Positions 36,874 to 46,996 of a stretch of DNA of 64,000 nt are shown here, in pieces (position 1 is the stretch's first letter; each line of letters begins with the position of its first letter). The position numbers and the translations under genes were made by a program. Origin of the DNA: Leptolyngbyaceae cyanobacterium. Its GTDB lineage: Bacteria; Cyanobacteriota; Cyanobacteriia; Phormidesmidales; Phormidesmidaceae. The notes under the pieces were generated by a model. The model was not told the DNA's origin. It searched no databases and was given only the letters and a program-made list of their open reading frames with translations. The stretch covers positions 1 to 64,000 of the forward strand of contig CBDHHL010000045.1 of assembly GCA_965263355.1 (NCBI GenBank), read 5' to 3'.

Positions 36874-38017
36874 TGCTAAAAATCCAAAATATTATCCAAC
36901 TGAATGCCGCTGCGTCGTACCAAAAAATAGACCACAGCAAAAATATTCCTGACATCAAAAGCACCCTACCGCGAATAGTCCAGAGCAACCAAGCCCATAG
37001 CCATATATAAGCTAGCAAGCCTAGGAAGCCTGTTTCTATTAGCCTGTCAAGCCAAATATTATACGAATGCTTAGTATCTTCATCAGGAAGAGCGCCATCC
37101 GAGCATTGATACGACCACCGCGAATATTGAAGTATTCCCACTTCGCGGCATTGTCGAAACGCTTTTTGAAGATTCAAGCCATTGAAACCGTAGCCAATCA
37201 AAGGCGATCTCTGAGCATATCTGAATGACCTAGCCCAATAGTAGGTTCGATTTGAACTGATCCGTCTGATCTGCGCCATCACTGGAGTATGGGGCGATGC
37301 TGTCTCCCCAACTTGCTTATTGTTTGTCACAACTCCAATAAAGACTAGTGCCGATAGTACAGCAGGAATACTTCGCTTCCAGCCAACAGCTACCAAGTTG
37401 CAGATAACGGCCCCCAGCATGGCTATCCTCACACCAGTATTCAGCGTGGCAACCGTATAAAGAACCAATAGCCATTTATTGGCTTTGTACTGAGCAGCAA
37501 CGGCGCAGCACATCAGCATAAACCCTGCATATGCGCCAAAGTTTCCGAACAGCCCATGCATGGGATACTGTTCAAAGCCAATGCCAAAAAAGTGAAGTAC
37601 CCATTGAGTGAGGCCAGCGGCTGCATTAATTACCCCTCCAATATGGAAACCTGTCAACTGAGCTTGGAATAGTTCGGGTCGTTCTTTAAGGATTAGTCTG
37701 TTAAACAAAAAAAACACAGCCACGGTTATCCACCAAAGAAGTCCGCAAGCTTTTCCGTAGTAACCAAGGACACTGTAATGAGGCACTATCGCGAACCAAG
37801 TTGAAACCGATGCACACGCCACCCATGGGAACCAGCCGATTAGCCAGTGCCAGATAACGCGAGAGTTAGCTTTGGTGATTGAATACTGATTTAATGCAGT
37901 GATCAGAAACAGAATTACAAGTTTGGGCCATAAAAAAATTGCTTCGTCGTCTGTGCCCCACGGATTGCAGAGTGTAGACAACAAAGCAAAAAGCCCGATG
38001 TAGGCTTTGAAAATCAT
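36824..38017 (-). CDS. O-antigen ligase/Wzy_C family membrane protein
   Basis: About 10 TM helices; GLFGN, SNRTYYW...SPLIGYG and HSYNIWLDRLIETGFLGL motifs. Confidence 0.8.
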   Translation of the reverse strand: MIFKAYIGLFALLSTLCNPWGTDDEAIFLWPKLVILFLITALNQYSITKANSRVIWHWLIGWFPWVACASVSTWFAIVPHYSVLGYYGKACGLLWWITVAVFFLFNRLILKERPELFQAQLTGFHIGGVINAAAGLTQWVLHFFGIGFEQYPMHGLFGNFGAYAGFMLMCCAVAAQYKANKWLLVLYTVATLNTGVRIAMLGAVICNLVAVGWKRSIPAVLSALVFIGVVTNNKQVGETASPHTPVMAQIRRISSNRTYYWARSFRYAQRSPLIGYGFNGLNLQKAFRQCREVGILQYSRWSYQCSDGALPDEDTKHSYNIWLDRLIETGFLGLLAYIWLWAWLLWTIRGRVLLMSGIFLLWSIFWYDAAAFSWIIFWIFSNGESFRHSKRTARISS

Positions 38018-39208
38018 CTAATTTGCTGGATAGTTTCTTGAGTAGACACTATTGCCAACGACATCCACTTTCCAGTAGTACGTCCGCTGGTTGCCGTCAT
38101 TGCGACGACGGGACAAAGCAATGCTGTTGCCATAGCCCGACAGTGAATCTTCAGGATGGGGAGCACCTGACAGTAGGTCAGTTGTGATGTCTGCGATATT
38201 CGAATACGAATTTGTATTTAAATCATATTCGAACATTTCAAATCTGTACTTAGAGTTGCCGCTAGTGGCAATTCTGGACACAGATGCAAAATCGTTCGCT
38301 TGACCGTCAGAATCAAAATCACCTTGAATGATGGCCATGAACGTGCCAGGGCCATTAAAATACTTGCCTGGAATCGTCGAAATGCGCTCAACATTGTAGT
38401 TGTCGTCAACTACAACCAAGTACTTATCAGATTCAGAAAAAAGGTAAAAGTCGTTGCCGACAAACCCGATCGCATCAAGGTCAATCGAATTCACTTCCCT
38501 GCCGTTCTTTCGAAGGACAGTTCCTAGTGATTGCGTAGTGTCTGAATTTGCAATCCACTTATTACTGGCGACTCCTAATTCGTGATACGTCAAACTACCA
38601 GAACTAGGGGTCCAGGTCGCGATCAGGTCATTAAACTCACCTCCAAAACCCTTAATCTGGGTATCCGAGGATAGCGCACCATTAAAGAAAGCCGCGATAC
38701 TACCATGGCCGATATCATTGACAACGTAAACGCCGTCAGTAAGACCCCCAGTGGGCTGTGGCAGAACTACATCTTCAAGGATTTGAGCGAAAAGAATATT
38801 GTCTTTTCTAAAAAAGATGGTTTCGCCAAACGCTGATTCGTTAAGATCCCCATGGCCAATAATCTGATCATGAGTCGGCGTTCCAAACGAAAGTTCAGAC
38901 ACTAACGGGGGTGGAAAGTTTGCAAGCTCTTCCCAATGCCTTGGCAGGCTGGGCGTTGCATCATGAGTTGATGTGCTAGCCACTCCACCAGGGCCGGTGT
39001 AAGTAATGGTCTCACCAGCTGCCATGTTAGAGCCGTCTGGCTTCAATACTTGACCATTTTGGATAGTTCCGTCAGGGCATAAGTCACCCAACACTTGAAC
39101 CCCTGAGTTTGGCCCAGTCAGTGTAAATGAATCACAAACCTGACTCACTGCAACCGGAGCACCTAGGCTTAATAAAGCGATCGCGCTTAAAAAATATCTC
39201 TTTTTCAT
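38018..39208 (-). CDS. Secreted beta-rich protein
   Basis: Signal peptide MKKRYFLSAIALLSLGAPVAVS; GDFDSDGQANDF EF/FG-GAP-like loop. Confidence 0.6.
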   Translation of the reverse strand: MKKRYFLSAIALLSLGAPVAVSQVCDSFTLTGPNSGVQVLGDLCPDGTIQNGQVLKPDGSNMAAGETITYTGPGGVASTSTHDATPSLPRHWEELANFPPPLVSELSFGTPTHDQIIGHGDLNESAFGETIFFRKDNILFAQILEDVVLPQPTGGLTDGVYVVNDIGHGSIAAFFNGALSSDTQIKGFGGEFNDLIATWTPSSGSLTYHELGVASNKWIANSDTTQSLGTVLRKNGREVNSIDLDAIGFVGNDFYLFSESDKYLVVVDDNYNVERISTIPGKYFNGPGTFMAIIQGDFDSDGQANDFASVSRIATSGNSKYRFEMFEYDLNTNSYSNIADITTDLLSGAPHPEDSLSGYGNSIALSRRRNDGNQRTYYWKVDVVGNSVYSRNYPAN

Positions 39209-39216
39209 GGTTCCAC

Positions 39217-39711
39217 CTACGAACACTTATTTTTTGCTTTGGGCAATTGGCCTAACTCATGGCATTTTTCGACAACACCACCGACATAGCCAAATGGAGT
39301 TAGGGGGATATCTTGATAAGTCGTTGGGAATCCAAGATCATCGCGGCCAATGCCAGATATACGAGAATAAACAAGCTCTGCTTCCTGTGCTCTATCTAGC
39401 GGTTCGTCACCTTCGAGGGGAATATCTAAGCTGACATAGTTACGACGGAAAAATACAGTTGAACTTTCGTCCCCAATTGAAATATTTACAGGGGGGTCAT
39501 CAAAGAATTTGAAATTTACAATTGCTTCTGCACGGGCAATGTGGCCCAGTGGATAGTCGGTTCTGATCTCCAAAGACCCAACGGTATCAAACCCGACATA
39601 GTAACAATCGAAGGTAGCCGTAGCTTGTGTTATTACTGCAGCTCTGGCGTTTGATGCGGCATACGCAATGCCTAAGCAGGCTAACGGAATAAGTGAAAGA
39701 AATTTCTTCAT
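39217..39711 (-). CDS. Secreted hypothetical protein
   Basis: Signal peptide MKKFLSLIPLACLGIAYAASNARA. Confidence 0.6.
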   Translation of the reverse strand: MKKFLSLIPLACLGIAYAASNARAAVITQATATFDCYYVGFDTVGSLEIRTDYPLGHIARAEAIVNFKFFDDPPVNISIGDESSTVFFRRNYVSLDIPLEGDEPLDRAQEAELVYSRISGIGRDDLGFPTTYQDIPLTPFGYVGGVVEKCHELGQLPKAKNKCS

Positions 39712-39822
39712 GCTCTTAAAAGAGAGACAACATTCAGGAGTAGCGAACCATTCTAATTATGGCAAAAAAAAGCTTGCTACTCATAAGAGTAGCAAGCCAT
39801 GATCTAGACTCCCTGGCAAATC

Positions 39823-41082
39823 TTATGAAATATCTTCTTTTAGTCCTGAGATTTCGACATTACGCGGTTCCTCAGCCATTCCTGAGTCTGCGTTTTCATC
39901 GTTCCCAGCTGTTCGACTACGATCGCTGTTACTGCCATAAACACCAAGCCCAGTAGTCCATTCAACAACAGCAGCAGTCGCATCTCCTGCGGTTTCGGCT
40001 GCATAGTTTGGTGGGTCTGGTTGGTCTGAGTCTGCATGGTTAATAATCCCTAAACGACCTAAGCCATATTGAAAGTACTTGCTTCCTGTGATTAGAACGA
40101 ACAATCCAGCTAATAAAAAAACCGTAAAACCTAAAATGCTGGCAACTGTTCTGCCTAGTTCAAGTGCTGCAACGGCGATAGACTGGATAATTTTAATCGT
40201 TGCACCGAAAGCAGCTTGAACATATAGCCAAGCTAACAATGGCAGTTCTTTCCAATCAAATCCTGGTTCACTCTTTTGTTCACTTGGTTTTTGCTTAAAG
40301 TCTTCAAGAATATCTCGAAGCTCACCGAACATATTTTCAAGGTTGCCAATACGCTGGTTGGTGGAGTAACCCCCACCGTAATTTTTCGTTTTGCCCATGT
40401 TCTTACCTTCTAGTTTGAACTCGATCCATCGATGATCCGATGGATTCTCGGCCTTGTTACACGGGATATCGCTGGTTTGTGCAGTCCCCTGCAACCCACG
40501 CACAAAAACTAGATCCAATAACGATCTATGCCGGGAACAATGCGTGGGTTGCTCTCTATTTTGGGGACGGATCCAATCAATATCCCCTCCAACAAGCTTG
40601 TAAAAAGCAGGATCACGACTGCCGCCTTCCCTGCTCTCAATATCTAAATTAAAATCACCAATTGCAACCACTCGCGGCTTAGTCAGCATCCAATTTCTAA
40701 GCCTGACCGCTTCACAAGCCCTTGCCATTCGATTGCGACGACGCAAATGAACAACAACTATCCAGAAGTCGTCTCCAGCTTCAGGCTTTAAGTGCAGTGC
40801 AATACTGGCCCTGCCTTTACCGTCGCAGTTAACGTTATTGAGTTCTTGATGCTCTAAAACTTTAATTGTGTCGGCAACATATATCGCCAGTGTTTGGCCA
40901 CCACACGGCTGGGTAAATGCTTCATAGTGCCTGCCGGAAAGCTTATAGAGTTCTTCGAGCCAACTTATATCTTCGCCTGCTTGGACTTCGGCAAAAGCGT
41001 ATATATCTTTGCCGGGTGGGAGATGGGGCACGATCTCACTCGCGCTTTTCATAAACCCATTCCAGAAAACTACTGATTGCAT
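39823..41082 (-). CDS. EEP-family (endonuclease/exonuclease/phosphatase) domain fused to a membrane domain
   Basis: FWN, AEV, VVVHL, IGDFN, LLDLVF and PSDH motifs; C-terminal TM segments. Confidence 0.75.
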   Translation of the reverse strand: MQSVVFWNGFMKSASEIVPHLPPGKDIYAFAEVQAGEDISWLEELYKLSGRHYEAFTQPCGGQTLAIYVADTIKVLEHQELNNVNCDGKGRASIALHLKPEAGDDFWIVVVHLRRRNRMARACEAVRLRNWMLTKPRVVAIGDFNLDIESREGGSRDPAFYKLVGGDIDWIRPQNREQPTHCSRHRSLLDLVFVRGLQGTAQTSDIPCNKAENPSDHRWIEFKLEGKNMGKTKNYGGGYSTNQRIGNLENMFGELRDILEDFKQKPSEQKSEPGFDWKELPLLAWLYVQAAFGATIKIIQSIAVAALELGRTVASILGFTVFLLAGLFVLITGSKYFQYGLGRLGIINHADSDQPDPPNYAAETAGDATAAVVEWTTGLGVYGSNSDRSRTAGNDENADSGMAEEPRNVEISGLKEDIS

Positions 41083-41565
41083 CCAAATAGTAATTGACGG
41101 CGTTGCTTGGATATTAGCCTAGTTTTTTGATTTTGGCACGGGTAATGATTGTCAAGCAAAATACAAATCCGGATGTTGCTGCCAAAATTGTGAATAGTTT
41201 TTCAGAATAGTTACTGAATTTCCTAATGCCACAGGCAACCGTAAAAAGTAGCCTGCATCGCCATCGGATAATCAGGCAATGCAGGCTATTCAGAAAAGAC
41301 TTATTTTGGTTTGTCGGCAGTGGTGGCGACTGGCTTTGTATACGGTCGGACGGCGCGATCGTGGGCGGTTGCTGTGAATTATTTGTTTTTGTTGATTTGC
41401 GCATTGAATAAAGCAAGCATCACTTCATGAACCTGTTGATCTTTTTCTGTGGTGCGTTCTGCAAAGTCGCGATTGTCCATTCTGTAGACGATTCTTTCAG
41501 CAGCATCACGGCATTCAGCCATGAGCTTAATTGAATTCGAATTCAAGAAAATAGGTGTCATTATC

Positions 41566-42006
41566 TCATCTCCCGAATAAAATTTCTTGAGGCCAGTATC
41601 CATCTTTAAGCATATGCACACAATCCGCTATCACACATCCAGCCAAGACAGGCAATGCAATTAACAGGCCAGGTTTGCAAATTAGAAAGAAAACCCAGCC
41701 ACTAACAATCAATCTGATAATTGTTCCAGGAATAATTGAATGGCTAAACCTTGAACGATGTGCAACGGCTAGCGCGTAACTCTTCCACCACCACACCCAA
41801 AAACGACGATACCAACGGCCTTTTTTAAGACTTCTAGAGTTTACATCATTGTCGCATGTTCCCCATAGTTCCCACAGTGGGATAGTTGCGGCAGTCACAA
41901 AGAATTGCCAAGGCAAGTTTAGAACGATTGCTCCTCCAGTCAATCCGCAACCGACAGAGATCGCGGCTGTAACATGGCCAGTGCGGTTAGAGTTAAATAT
42001 TTTCAT
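41566..42006 (-). CDS. DUF2227-like membrane metal-binding protein
   Basis: CDNDVNS, WWWKSY...HRSRFSHSIIPGTIIR and HMLKD motifs. Confidence 0.7.
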   Translation of the reverse strand: MKIFNSNRTGHVTAAISVGCGLTGGAIVLNLPWQFFVTAATIPLWELWGTCDNDVNSRSLKKGRWYRRFWVWWWKSYALAVAHRSRFSHSIIPGTIIRLIVSGWVFFLICKPGLLIALPVLAGCVIADCVHMLKDGYWPQEILFGR

Positions 42007-42395
42007 AGCGAAGGTTCTACCGTTGGTAAGTGTGAAATGTCTTCATCTTTAATGGCATCAATGGGATCAGAAATAGCCTGAATGATTTCCCAGTAAAGCT
42101 TTCTTCGTGCTTGCTCTGGGCTGATAGCCTCCCCTGTTTCGTCGGCCATTAACTGTTGCATTGCTTTGATTTCATTGACAAAGATTTGTTTATCAATGAA
42201 AGTTTTTTGACTGCTAGAGCTAATAAACAGAGTTAGCCAGAGATCGCTCTGTTGGCTAGTTAATTCATTTTTGATGCTCGTCACCCAGGATATGTCATCT
42301 GTTTTTAATGGCGCGTTAGCAATGACATCTACCACGTGGCGATTGTTATCTGAGTCGTAACCTTGAACCTTAAAGTGCTTCATGATCAACAACAA
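42003..42395 (-). CDS. Hypothetical protein
   Basis: ORF coupled within the minus-strand operon. Confidence 0.5.
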   Translation of the reverse strand: MLLIMKHFKVQGYDSDNNRHVVDVIANAPLKTDDISWVTSIKNELTSQQSDLWLTLFISSSSQKTFIDKQIFVNEIKAMQQLMADETGEAISPEQARRKLYWEIIQAISDPIDAIKDEDISHLPTVEPSL

Positions 42396-42588
42396 TCTCC
42401 TCTAAAGTTTCCAATCGTTTGGTGTGATTTTTAAGGATGTTCACTTGTTTATTTAGTTCATCTACTTGTTCTTGCAAGAAAGCAATTTTTTTATTTTGCC
42501 TTCTACTAGCGCCAGAAGTAAAGATATTTTCTATCGCCATGATAGCTATGGCTATCAAAACAAATAACAAAAAGTCCATTTTAATCAT
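42370..42588 (-). CDS. Small membrane/coiled-coil protein
   Basis: N-terminal TM segment followed by a coiled coil ending RLETLEEIV. Confidence 0.5.
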   Translation of the reverse strand: MIKMDFLLFVLIAIAIMAIENIFTSGASRRQNKKIAFLQEQVDELNKQVNILKNHTKRLETLEEIVVDHEAL

Positions 42589-42855
42589 CGCCTCGCATAC
42601 GTCGCATTAACTCAATCTGATCTCGCTTATCCATCCCCATGGGCTTATTGCCTTGACCGCCATTATTGCGACCGCCTGGGCCATCAGGGAAAAATGTCCA
42701 CAAAAGCCCTCCAATCACAACGCCAATAACAAAATTTTCAGGAGTCATCTTATTTCACCAAAAAAATAATAACAGCAATTACAAAAGCGCCAACAAAAGC
42801 TATCAAACAAAACGCCAAAAAATAGACGTATGACAGTAATAAGAATATCTGTGGT

Positions 42856-44496
42856 TCATCTGGCGACTCCAAATAGCGGTTCATCTGGTGGCCAGATATT
42901 AATGCTTTGGCCACGTTCTTCAATCTTTAATAGATTAAGTTTGCCAGCTTTTTTGGTTAGGATCTTCGCAGTCTCACGACCTTTAGCCCTGATATCTTCA
43001 TCATGGCTATTTAGCTTTAGATACTTTTTCAGCTCATAACAGTTAGCTAGCAGCTGGGCCAACGTTGTTTTATTAAGCTGCTTGTCGCTTAAATACTTTA
43101 CTACTACATAGGCGAATCGTTCAGTATTCTCACAAATCTCTTTTTCTTCTAAGTCAATCTCGTCTTTGCTGGGATGCGCAATGGTTGTGGCCCCTTCCCA
43201 AAGGGCGGTTAACTGTTGTCTAGCTGAGTCAATGGAGTTATCAGCGACGGGAACCGCTGCAACTGTTTGATAAGACCGTGGTTCGACTTGCCCCTGTAAT
43301 TCAGGAAAGTATGTAAGCACCGAGCGCACATAGCACGGCAAGCCTTCATCATTAAGCTCAAATTGCAACCAATCGGGCAAGGTTAAAGTGTCTTTTGAAT
43401 CGGCAAGCTTGTCTGAGTCCATTTCTAAGTATGTATATTGCCCGCTGGGGTAACGACCTCCATGGGCTAATTTACGCCGTTCGCTGACGGTTACAGTTTC
43501 AGACATACGTTTAGCTCTTAAAATAGTTGCCTCCTGCTTGGCTTGCTCATTGAAGCCGTTAGGAACGCCCATGGCTGACAGAGTTTTTCCGTGGATAACT
43601 AACCGGGCATGTGCTCTGGTCTTAACGAACCCAGTTAATAATTGATTCCATAATGGTTGAGTAACTGTTTCGCGGTCTTGCTTAGTTAGCTCATCAAACA
43701 GCCAGGACTGATCAGATGCCTTGCCTTTTGTTAGCTGTGAAACCGCCTTCACTTCATCCTGATAGCCTTCAACCGAATCTACAACAGATGCAAATTTAAA
43801 CGGATAAACATCGCTGTCCGTAGTCGCATAGTGAACTTTTTTGTCCAGCAACGCAGTCTCAAAAATCGACAAGATAACTAACAGTGTCGACTTTCCAGAC
43901 TGCTGTTCGCCAGTGACCGCCACAATTGGATCATGCAATAAGCCTCTCAGGTCGCATCCAGACAATGCTAGTGATTCTAATAAGCTTTCAGCCCTTTCAG
44001 TCATGGGAAGTTGCAATAACTCACTAACATTAGGGGCTCTAAACTTAGCCTGAGCTGCCTGGTCGTTTGCTTTATCCTCAGGAGATGCGTATACATCCCC
44101 TTCATACTTCCCTAAGTTTTTTTTAACCCATGGGTTAGCAACGAATTGTGGCTCTGTTTCTACTGCGGATTGCGGTTCTGTCTTCAGTTTCTCAAATTTA
44201 CTTATCAGAGTTTCCTCTTCTTGCTCAATGATCTCCTGAGCTAACTCATGCTTTTCTTTCTTGGCATCATTATCGGCTTGCTTTTTAGATGTTGCTTTAA
44301 CATCTCGATAGCCTAAATAGGCCAACGCAATCAACGATATAAACCCGAAAGGTTGCAGATATAGGAATGAGCCAATAGCCAAAGACGCCCATGTGCCCAT
44401 CAATACCGTGTCGTCTTTGATTACATTCCCCAAGGTTGGGGAGTTTAAGTCATCTTCAAACTGAATAGAGTCCTTGAACTTGACGATCTCGCTCAT
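42856..44496 (-). CDS. Membrane-anchored P-loop ATPase (FtsK/HerA/VirD4-like)
   Basis: Two N-terminal TM segments, Walker A GEQQSGKST, Walker B WLFDEL, possible C-terminal winged helix. Confidence 0.6.
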   Translation of the reverse strand: MSEIVKFKDSIQFEDDLNSPTLGNVIKDDTVLMGTWASLAIGSFLYLQPFGFISLIALAYLGYRDVKATSKKQADNDAKKEKHELAQEIIEQEEETLISKFEKLKTEPQSAVETEPQFVANPWVKKNLGKYEGDVYASPEDKANDQAAQAKFRAPNVSELLQLPMTERAESLLESLALSGCDLRGLLHDPIVAVTGEQQSGKSTLLVILSIFETALLDKKVHYATTDSDVYPFKFASVVDSVEGYQDEVKAVSQLTKGKASDQSWLFDELTKQDRETVTQPLWNQLLTGFVKTRAHARLVIHGKTLSAMGVPNGFNEQAKQEATILRAKRMSETVTVSERRKLAHGGRYPSGQYTYLEMDSDKLADSKDTLTLPDWLQFELNDEGLPCYVRSVLTYFPELQGQVEPRSYQTVAAVPVADNSIDSARQQLTALWEGATTIAHPSKDEIDLEEKEICENTERFAYVVVKYLSDKQLNKTTLAQLLANCYELKKYLKLNSHDEDIRAKGRETAKILTKKAGKLNLLKIEERGQSINIWPPDEPLFGVAR

Positions 44497-45182
44497 GATG
44501 CTGCTGCCCCCGTAACCCGTGTAACCCGTACAGCTACAGCAGCCTTAAGTAAGAAGTGAATAGTTAGTTCGACAGCGGCCATTGTTGCGATCGCCCAAAA
44601 GAAATTCGGCCAACTCCAAAGGCCAGGGTCTAGGAAAAACCCATTCGTTAAATCACTTAATAGCCGACTAAAATCACCACCAGCGTATGGAGGATACTTA
44701 ATGAAACACGCGATCGCTTCGATCAAGTAAGCTGCAATCCGATAATTCCTAAGTTCTTTCAGCCACTCACGGTTTGTCCCTGCAATGCTGTGCTTGCAAA
44801 TTAATGGGGCAGCTTGAACAACTTGAATCCAGCTCCAAAAAATGAATCCAACCAGTTCGGCAATTGCAGAAATTAAAGTGTTTGGGTTTAGCAAAAGAAC
44901 TAAACCACACATTGCAGCCCAGACCGCCAACCAAGGCTTTTTCTTGCATTGTTGAAAGGTAATAAAGAAAAAGACGAACGCGAGCACCTTGCCAGCCTTC
45001 CCGCCAACCAGCCAATCAGCAAGCCTAATTAGAAGATTTTTATTAATCATTGCTGTAAAGTCAGCCCCTAGCGCAAACCATGGCTCTAGGTTCATCCATA
45101 TAACGACCAGTAGTACAGCTGAAGCTAATGACCAAAAAACAATAGTTACGATGTCACTTGCTTGTCGTGAATTTTTTTTCAT
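44493..45182 (-). CDS. Multi-pass membrane protein
   Basis: Several hydrophobic helices; coupled to the ATPase gene. Confidence 0.65.
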   Translation of the reverse strand: MKKNSRQASDIVTIVFWSLASAVLLVVIWMNLEPWFALGADFTAMINKNLLIRLADWLVGGKAGKVLAFVFFFITFQQCKKKPWLAVWAAMCGLVLLLNPNTLISAIAELVGFIFWSWIQVVQAAPLICKHSIAGTNREWLKELRNYRIAAYLIEAIACFIKYPPYAGGDFSRLLSDLTNGFFLDPGLWSWPNFFWAIATMAAVELTIHFLLKAAVAVRVTRVTGAAAS

Positions 45183-45184
45183 CT

Positions 45185-45640
45185 TTAATGCGCTCCAGGT
45201 TGTTTAGAAAAATAATCGTTATACAAATCAACGTCATCTGGCGCAATTCGTTTTACTTGCGATACGCGACCGCCCCAGATTTCTGCTGTATCCCCTAGTT
45301 TTGTGCAAATCAGCGAACCGTCCCCTAAAGGGATGGTGCTATCTCGTGAGGCAATTACCTCAACCCCTTCAGCTAGATGAGTTTGCTTAAAAGTTGACTT
45401 GGCCACCACTGGCACACAACCAGCTTTCACCCTAGTTAATGCAATTTTTGAGTCTTGCCTAGCTTGAGTAGCGTGCATTGCGGCTTGTCTGTCTTGCCTA
45501 GCCTGAATTTTTCGCTGCTCTCTAATTTCAGACGCATTATTCCAGTTCTCTGAAATTTCTTGAGAACTTAACGCAGCAGGTAGGCCCACTCCGAGCAGTA
45601 ATAATATCCAAGATGTTTTTACCACCATTTTTTTCACCAA
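45185..45640 (-). CDS. Membrane-anchored/secreted protein
   Basis: N-terminal hydrophobic segment; GCVP...IC...G.TA motif. Confidence 0.55.
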   Translation of the reverse strand: MVKKMVVKTSWILLLLGVGLPAALSSQEISENWNNASEIREQRKIQARQDRQAAMHATQARQDSKIALTRVKAGCVPVVAKSTFKQTHLAEGVEVIASRDSTIPLGDGSLICTKLGDTAEIWGGRVSQVKRIAPDDVDLYNDYFSKQPGAH

Positions 45641-45647
45641 AAATAAG

Positions 45648-45748
45648 CTGTCTTAGATATCTTGGATTTCTCTTAGACAGCCAGACATACTGGAAATAAA
45701 GGTGTCTAGCTGTCTAAGGCATCTTGGATATCTTGGATATTGTCTAAG
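45648..45748. repeat. Intergenic cluster of short direct and inverted repeats
   Basis: ATCTTGGAT three times; cttagacagccagaca / tgtctagctgtctaag inverted pair (15/16). Confidence 0.75.
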
Positions 45749-46187
45749 CTCCTGGCAACGATTTTTGAACCATTTGAGCAGGACTTAAAAACAGATTTTT
45801 GCTGCGTGCTAGTTGATCAGGGCTGGACTTGCGCCAACGGCTTTGCTCAGTCAGCGCCATAAATGCTTGACCAACTTGCTGTGCATACTGATCAGGCTCA
45901 TCAATCCGGTCTGTAGCGCCCATCTCAACGACTTCAGCACATACCTTATCCAAAATGCGAGCACCCATCTGAGCCCTGTTGTGGACAATCGCGCTAGCTG
46001 CTGCATCTTCAACCTGCTCCTGGGCTGTAATCACTTGCTGGACAAGGGATAGAGCTTCATTGCCCATGGAACCCTGAATAGCCAAGGCCATATCAGAAGC
46101 GTTGACTGTTTCGGTAGACGACGGTGCAGATTTGGGGGCAAAACCCTTGCCTTGACTGTCTTCTGTGGTTTTATCTTTGATAGCCAT
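45744..46187 (-). CDS. Hypothetical protein
   Basis: aggag RBS; helical protein. Confidence 0.6.
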   Translation of the reverse strand: MAIKDKTTEDSQGKGFAPKSAPSSTETVNASDMALAIQGSMGNEALSLVQQVITAQEQVEDAAASAIVHNRAQMGARILDKVCAEVVEMGATDRIDEPDQYAQQVGQAFMALTEQSRWRKSSPDQLARSKNLFLSPAQMVQKSLPGA

Positions 46188-46210
46188 CTGTAGAGTCTCC
46201 TTTTAGGAAA

Positions 46211-46543
46211 TTAACTAACCATTGCGGGCGTAAATTCGCCCTTTTTCCAAAGTAAATATTGCTTCAGAGTGCATCCCGTCTTGGCCCTGAAATCCAGGTA
46301 TCCCAACAGGTGCAGCACTTCCTCTCGTCCATAACATCCATCGTCATCAACCTCAATGCCGAGGCGATAACGCCAAGAGTTGAACGTGTCACGGCATACA
46401 CGGCGGCCAACCACTTCAGACACAGTTACTCTGAATTGCCTAGGCGTATAGCGTTCTTCGCTAAACAACCCTGGCTCCTCCAAAACCTCTGCGTCACATG
46501 CTTGAACCGACATAACCACAAACCTTGCACAACCCCTGCACAA
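46211..46543 (-). CDS. Putative HTH/excisionase-like DNA-binding protein
   Basis: VCRDTFNSWRYRLGI...YGREEV resembles a MerR-like HTH. Confidence 0.45.
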   Translation of the reverse strand: MCRGCARFVVMSVQACDAEVLEEPGLFSEERYTPRQFRVTVSEVVGRRVCRDTFNSWRYRLGIEVDDDGCYGREEVLHLLGYLDFRAKTGCTLKQYLLWKKGEFTPAMVS

Positions 46544-46684
46544 GTTCTGAACAAGTGCAACTAAAGTATAATCATTGTACGCCCCTATGACAACCCCATG
46601 GGGATACGTTGGCCCCCCTTCATCAACCCTGTGGTATCCTTTGAATAATTTGCTACTCTAAAGCTGTAACTTATTGGTTTAGCG

Positions 46685-46996
46685 ATGGCAGATACAGCAA
46701 AGCGTTCCGTCACTCTTATGGCATCTACCTGGAAAGAAATAGATGACTTGGCTGACGCTAACGACGAAATATCGCCAGCTGAATTAATTAGACAAATAAT
46801 TCTTAGGGGGTTAAGAATCTATAAATCTGAAATTGCGAAGGGATTAGAGCTAAAAAACAAACAATTAGTTCAGCAAAAGCTTATTCAACGTCAAGGGGCG
46901 ATGGCTGAAGCACTAGAAGTGATAAAGGAAAAGGTTGGTGATAATGCTGAAATCTCTCAAGCGATCGCCGCAATAGAAAAAGGGTTGCGTGATTAA
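46685..46996 (+). CDS. Ribbon-helix-helix-like regulator
   Basis: RSVTLMASTWKEIDDLA...SPAELIRQII pattern. Confidence 0.55.
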   Translation: MADTAKRSVTLMASTWKEIDDLADANDEISPAELIRQIILRGLRIYKSEIAKGLELKNKQLVQQKLIQRQGAMAEALEVIKEKVGDNAEISQAIAAIEKGLRD

